Assembly (NCBI GenBank): GCA_964005815.1
Contig: CAXFSR010000001.1
Location: 1 to 33,098, forward strand
Length of the DNA: 33,098 nucleotides
Source of the DNA: an uncultured Nitrospinaceae bacterium
GTDB lineage: Bacteria > UBA8248
Direction of reading: 5' to 3'
In this document: positions 28,306-33,098 of the stretch, one piece after another
Layout of the letters: the number at the start of each line of letters is the position of its first letter
How positions within the stretch are numbered: position 1 is the first letter of the stretch
Notes under the pieces: generated by a model
Told to the model about the DNA's origin: nothing
What the model saw: the letters and a program-made list of their open reading frames with translations, nothing else
Database searches by the model: none
Made by a program: the position numbers and the translations under genes

Positions 28306-28453
28306 TAAAAAGACCCTAATTAAAAAGTAAGAAATTACAACTAATTTATAGGCCCAAAAATTTATATCTATTAATTTATACTAGAGACCATAAAATATTT
28401 ATAGATTGACCACAAGGAAAACGTTGAAAAAATCTATAAATTTACTAGAAATT

Positions 28454-29173
28454 TTATTGGGAGAGAGGCCAAATTCTTTCACCGAGTGTAGGAGAACCTG
28501 GGGAATGGATCAAACTTTTTACGGCATTTCGAGAACGTTCAATAGTTTCTGTATGAAAGTTTTTCAAAAGAGATTTCACACTTGTCCATTCATACATTAT
28601 CCCATGTTTAGGCCAACCTGAAACAGAAACAAGCAACCGCGCACCTACACACCCTTCCATTTTCTTAAGACGTGGCATGCGAACTTGTGCATACCATGAA
28701 CTAAGTTCTTCTTCGTTCTTAAGTGAATTTACATTAAATGTCCCAATCTGTATCGCAGGCCCAGGAGTGATACCTGGACTTCTTGAGGAAGATTCCATTC
28801 CCTCTATTCGGTCTTGTACCATAAAAATACAAGATCGTTCTCCAATCCTTAGGCTTAACATCTCATTTTCTTCTTTAGATCGAGTCTCTTTTAATTGAGA
28901 AGAAGAAGGATCAACAAATGCAATAGGCATTTCAGCACCAAAAAGGATTAAATAATCATTTCCATCGGGAACACGGGGGTCATCTGTATGTACCAAAATT
29001 CTTTCTTTTTCTTTTTCCCTCTCTTCATCCCAGACATTCCTAATATGTGTCGCCCATAAATAACCATTTCGTTTTAAAACTTTTGGGATGTGTACCTCAT
29101 GCAACCAAGAAAGATAATCCTCTCTTCCCTCTTTAGGAAGATCGTACCAAGTTGCCGAAATCGCATTATCCAC
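28454..29173 (-). CDS. Hypothetical protein with two EthD/DUF4286-like dimeric alpha-beta barrel repeats
   Basis: Internal repeat: EDYLSWLHEVHIPKVLKRNGYLWA versus EELSSWYAQVRMPRLKKMEGCVGA. GTG start with SD AAAGG. Fold call is by motif recall. Confidence 0.7.
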   Translation of the reverse strand: MDNAISATWYDLPKEGREDYLSWLHEVHIPKVLKRNGYLWATHIRNVWDEEREKEKERILVHTDDPRVPDGNDYLILFGAEMPIAFVDPSSSQLKETRSKEENEMLSLRIGERSCIFMVQDRIEGMESSSRSPGITPGPAIQIGTFNVNSLKNEEELSSWYAQVRMPRLKKMEGCVGARLLVSVSGWPKHGIMYEWTSVKSLLKNFHTETIERSRNAVKSLIHSPGSPTLGERIWPLSQ

Positions 29174-29192
29174 AAGGAACCCTTTCTAGAAA

Positions 29193-32100
29193 TTAAGGAT
29201 TGTAGTCAAGATTCGAACTAAGCCATTTTTCAACTTCTCTCTTCTCCATATTTTTTCTTTTGGCGTAATCTTCTACTTGATCCCTGCCAATTTTCCCTAT
29301 ACCAAAATATTGAGAGTGAGGACTCGCAAAATAAAAACCTGCAACCGACGCAGCTGGATAAATCGCGCAATTCTCAGTTAATTTCATTTTAGTATTTTGC
29401 TCTACATCTAATAATTTAAATAAAATTCTTTTTTCAGAATGATCTGGACATGCAGGATATCCAGGAGCGGGTCTCACCCCAATATAAGATTCTTTAATCA
29501 AAGATTCATTATTGAAATTCTCTTCGGGTGAAAATCCCCAAAATTCTTTTCTCACTCTCTCGTGTAATCGCTCCGCAAAAGCTTCTGCCAACCTATCGGC
29601 AATTGCTTTTATCAAAATCGAATTATAATCGTCATGATTTGATTCATATTTTTCAACTAGAGCATCTATGCCATGTCCAGCTGTCACAGCAAATGCTCCA
29701 ATATAATCATCCACTTTTTCTTCTTTCATAGCTATAAAATCTGCCAAACAGAAATTGTGAGTGTTATTTTTTTTATCTAATTGCTGTCTCAAAAAATGTA
29801 CGACTTCTAATGTGTCCAATTTATTTTTATCAGAATAAATTTCGACATCATCTCCAACAGAATTAGCTGGAAATATGCCAAAAACTCCTGACATTTGTAG
29901 TTCTTTATTCTCTATTATATTTTGAAGAATTCTCTGCGCATCTTCATAAAGTTTTTTTGCTTGCTCTCCCATAGATGGATCTGTAAGTATTTTAGGGTAG
30001 GTCCCACGCATTTCCCAAGTTGAGAAAAAAGGCGTCCAATCAATTCTTTCTACTACATCCTGAATAGGATAATTTTCAAAAGTTTTTATCCCAATAAAAT
30101 TCGGTTTATGTATTACTTTATCAGAAATTTGATAAACAGGTTTATTTGCACGAGCACTATCTAAAGATAAAATATTTGTGGAAGACTCTTTTTTCTCTCT
30201 CCTAACCCGAATTTCTTGATATTCATTCCTAATTTCCTTAAAGAAACCTCCCTTCAGATCTTCATTCGTCACATTATTCATAACATTCACACTTCTTGAA
30301 GCATCTTTTACATAGACAGTAGGCCCAGCATACTCTGGGGAGATCTTAATCGCAGTGTGTACCTTTGAAGTTGTAGCTCCGCCAATCAACAAAGGAACCT
30401 GTAAACCAATTCTTTCCATTTCTTTTGCTACGAACACCATTTCATCTAAAGAAGGGGTGATTAATCCGCTTAATCCTATTACCTGCACCCCATGTTTCTT
30501 CGCTTGATTTATTATTTCTGCTGACGAAACCATTACACCTAAATCTATGACTTCAAAATTATTGCATTGTAAAACAACTCCAACAATGTTTTTCCCTATA
30601 TCATGCACATCACCTTTAACGGTGGCCATGAGAATTTTCCCTTTTTCTCCTAGACCAGACCCGTCCTTTTGGGCTTCGATGAATGGAGTTAGGTGAGCCA
30701 CGGCCGTCTTCATTACTCTTGCACTTTTTACAACTTGGGGTAGAAACATTTTTCCAGACCCAAATAAATCTCCCACAACATTCATTCCATCCATTAAAGG
30801 CCCTTCAATCACTTTAATCGGTTCTTTTAATTCTAATCGCGCTTCCTCTGCATCCTCTACAATAAATTCAGATACGCCATTAACTAACGCATAAGAGATA
30901 CGCTCTTCGACAGAATTTTCTCTCCAAGAAAGATCGTCCCCTTTTGCTTTTTTCATTCCTTTGACTTCAGAAGCAATTTCAAGAAGTTTTTCTGTAGCAC
31001 CATCTTTTCTGTTTAAAAGAACATCTTCAACTTTTTCCAAAACGTCTTTAGGAATATCATCATAAACTGCAAGTTGACCCGCATTCACAATTCCCATATC
31101 CATTCCATTTTCTATAGCATGATACAAAAATGCAGAATGCATAAATTCGCGAATCCCATTGTTTCCTCTAAAAGAAAAAGAAACATTACTTACACCACCA
31201 CTAACCAAAGCGCCTGGGAGTTGTTTCTTAATTAGTCTCACTGATTCAAAGAACGCGTTTGCATAATCATTATGCTCATCAATACCAGTTGCTACCGCGA
31301 AAATATTAGGATCAAAAATAATGTCTGTCGGTTCAAAACCTACTTTTTTAGTTAAAATCTCATATGCCCTCGTACAAACTTCCAATTTTTTTTCCGCTGT
31401 TTCGGCTTGTCCAGTTTCATCAAATGCCATAACCAAAACAGAAGCCCCGTATTGTTTTACAAGTCTGGCTTGCTCGATAAAAGCCTCTTCTCCTTCTTTG
31501 AGACTTATCGAATTTACAATTGGTTTCCCTTGAACACACTTCAGTCCAGATTCAATGACTTCCCATTTTGATGAATCTATCATGAAAGGAACTCTGCAAA
31601 TTTCAGGTTCAGATGCTAACAGTTTCAAAAACGTACTCATCGCCTCGACAGAATCCAACATTCCTTCGTCCATATTAATATCAATTATTTGAGCACCATT
31701 TTGGACCTGCTGTAATGCAATCTGAACTGCTTTCTCATATTCTCCTTGTAAAATAAGTTTTGAAAATCTTGCAGAGCCGGCAACATTCGTTCTTTCACCA
31801 ATATTTACAAAACCTGTTTCTTCTCCAATATTAAGTGGCTCTAAACCACTTAATCGACAACGTTTTTGTACTTCTGGAATTTTACGGGGCGCAATCGAAG
31901 ATAATGTAGCAGCAATAGCTTGTATATGTTCAGGAGTAGTACCACAACATCCACCAACAATATTTACAAATCCTGAAGTTGCAAATTCACAAAGATGAGA
32001 AGCCATAAATTCGGGAGAGTCATCATACTCACCAAGTTCATTCGGCAATCCTGCATTAGGCCATGTACTAACTCTTGTACCTGCAACTCTAGATAATTCT

Positions 32101-32888
32101 TCCACATATTCCCGTAATTGTGTTACTCCTAAAGCACAATTCAACCCAACTGAAAAAGGTTTATAGGATGCTATAGAATTCCAGAAAGATTCTGTAGTCT
32201 GTCCTGAAAGTGTTCTCCCACTAGCATCTGTAATGGTCCCTGAAACCATTACAGGAAGCTGTATTGAATTTTTCTGAAAGTAACTTTCAACCGCAAAAAG
32301 TGCTGCTTTACAATTAAGGGTATCAAAAACGGTCTCAACCAGTATCAAATCTGCTCCCCCGTTTATAAGTCCACTTAAAGACGTAGTATAAGCCTCCACA
32401 AGTTCATCAAAACTTATATTTCTAAATCCAGGGTCATTTACATCCGGAGAAATAGAAGCAGTTCGGTTTGTTGGTCCAAGTACTCCTGCTACATAACGAA
32501 AGTCTCTTGAATCGAATTTCTCTTTTTCATCTGCAACTTCTCTTGCAATTTTGGCTGCAGTAAAATTTAGTTCATAGGCTAGTTCTTCCATCCTATAATC
32601 TGCCATTGAGATAGATGTTGAATTGAAGGAATTCGTTTCAATGATATCTGCACCAGCGTCCAGAAAGGATCTATGAATAGATTGAATCAGTTTTGGCTGC
32701 GTAATCGAAAGTAAATCGTTATTCCCTTTTAATTCAGAATCATGAGTCTCAAATTTTTTGCCTCTAAAATCTTCTTCTGAAAGTTTATGGGACTGAATCA
32801 TCGTTCCCATAGCCCCATCCAAAATCATAATTCTTTGACGGAGAGTTTCTTCTAATTTTTTTAGTCTTTCTTCTCTTCTCTTATCCAT
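29193..32888 (-). CDS. metH: Cobalamin-dependent methionine synthase
   Basis: [61 protein letters not shown] and [12 protein letters not shown] motifs. Start is ATG 32888 or TTG 32906. Confidence 0.99.
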   Translation of the reverse strand: MDKRREERLKKLEETLRQRIMILDGAMGTMIQSHKLSEEDFRGKKFETHDSELKGNNDLLSITQPKLIQSIHRSFLDAGADIIETNSFNSTSISMADYRMEELAYELNFTAAKIAREVADEKEKFDSRDFRYVAGVLGPTNRTASISPDVNDPGFRNISFDELVEAYTTSLSGLINGGADLILVETVFDTLNCKAALFAVESYFQKNSIQLPVMVSGTITDASGRTLSGQTTESFWNSIASYKPFSVGLNCALGVTQLREYVEELSRVAGTRVSTWPNAGLPNELGEYDDSPEFMASHLCEFATSGFVNIVGGCCGTTPEHIQAIAATLSSIAPRKIPEVQKRCRLSGLEPLNIGEETGFVNIGERTNVAGSARFSKLILQGEYEKAVQIALQQVQNGAQIIDINMDEGMLDSVEAMSTFLKLLASEPEICRVPFMIDSSKWEVIESGLKCVQGKPIVNSISLKEGEEAFIEQARLVKQYGASVLVMAFDETGQAETAEKKLEVCTRAYEILTKKVGFEPTDIIFDPNIFAVATGIDEHNDYANAFFESVRLIKKQLPGALVSGGVSNVSFSFRGNNGIREFMHSAFLYHAIENGMDMGIVNAGQLAVYDDIPKDVLEKVEDVLLNRKDGATEKLLEIASEVKGMKKAKGDDLSWRENSVEERISYALVNGVSEFIVEDAEEARLELKEPIKVIEGPLMDGMNVVGDLFGSGKMFLPQVVKSARVMKTAVAHLTPFIEAQKDGSGLGEKGKILMATVKGDVHDIGKNIVGVVLQCNNFEVIDLGVMVSSAEIINQAKKHGVQVIGLSGLITPSLDEMVFVAKEMERIGLQVPLLIGGATTSKVHTAIKISPEYAGPTVYVKDASRSVNVMNNVTNEDLKGGFFKEIRNEYQEIRVRREKKESSTNILSLDSARANKPVYQISDKVIHKPNFIGIKTFENYPIQDVVERIDWTPFFSTWEMRGTYPKILTDPSMGEQAKKLYEDAQRILQNIIENKELQMSGVFGIFPANSVGDDVEIYSDKNKLDTLEVVHFLRQQLDKKNNTHNFCLADFIAMKEEKVDDYIGAFAVTAGHGIDALVEKYESNHDDYNSILIKAIADRLAEAFAERLHERVRKEFWGFSPEENFNNESLIKESYIGVRPAPGYPACPDHSEKRILFKLLDVEQNTKMKLTENCAIYPAASVAGFYFASPHSQYFGIGKIGRDQVEDYAKRKNMEKREVEKWLSSNLDYNP

Positions 32889-32982
32889 TGAATCAAAAAA
32901 CCTCAATTACAATTGAATAGCAAAACAATTAAAAGTTCTGATTAAAAAGGTAACTTAGGAAAAGATTGGAACTTCGAGGAAG

Positions 32983-33098
32983 TTAAGTAGAAGATTTGTC
33001 TTCTTCAATCATAGCGTAAGCATTGTGTGCATGAATAGATTCAAAATTCTCAACTTCCACGCGAAACGAATCAATTCGAGAATCTTTTCTCAATCTTA
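32983..33098 (-). CDS. folE2: GTP cyclohydrolase IB (FolE2), C-terminal fragment (5' part outside window)
   Basis: Not in ORF track. Minus-strand frame reads [37 protein letters not shown] (TAA 32985-32983). ENFESIHxHxAYA is the FolE2 C-terminal signature. Confidence 0.88.
   Translation of the reverse strand, partial: RLRKDSRIDSFRVEVENFESIHAHNAYAMIEEDKSST

Noticed and set aside
26644..31533. Short ORFs overlapping tctA, the barrel gene and metH (26644, 26848, 27092, 27282, 28406, 28677, 29528, 31321)
   Set aside because: Nested in or antisense to stronger genes, with no independent support.

Overview
AT-rich, densely coded chromosomal segment of a diderm bacterium, almost entirely housekeeping. 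The gene order resembles Deltaproteobacteria/Nitrospinota-type genomes (inference from synteny only). Left part (1-5.3 kb): C-terminus of a divergent alpha/beta-hydrolase-like ORF, an M48 peptidase, an MBL-fold hydrolase, a membrane protein and an mlaE-mlaD-mlaC cluster without mlaF. From 33098 down to 5334 everything is on the minus strand: folE2 (3' end, missed by the ORF track), metH, a tandem EthD/DUF4286-like protein, tctB-tctA-tctC, tRNA-Leu(TAG), tig-clpP-clpX, tRNA-Val(GAC), thrS-infC-rpmI-rplT-pheS-pheT, zapB-zapA-6S RNA-ygfA-rny-ymdB, a split methylmalonyl-CoA mutase large subunit, alaS and an MFS transporter. I saw no mobile element, CRISPR array or defence system. The most novel-looking signals are (1) a 62-nt rplT-pheS spacer holding an intrinsic terminator overlapped by a Phe-containing mini-ORF coupled to the rplT stop, a possible minimal Phe attenuator; (2) an ~30-aa insertion in PheS resembling the AlaRS C-terminal linker/DHHA1 start; (3) an uncharacterised tandem-barrel protein next to a tripartite tricarboxylate transporter. 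All three are hypotheses from manual reading.
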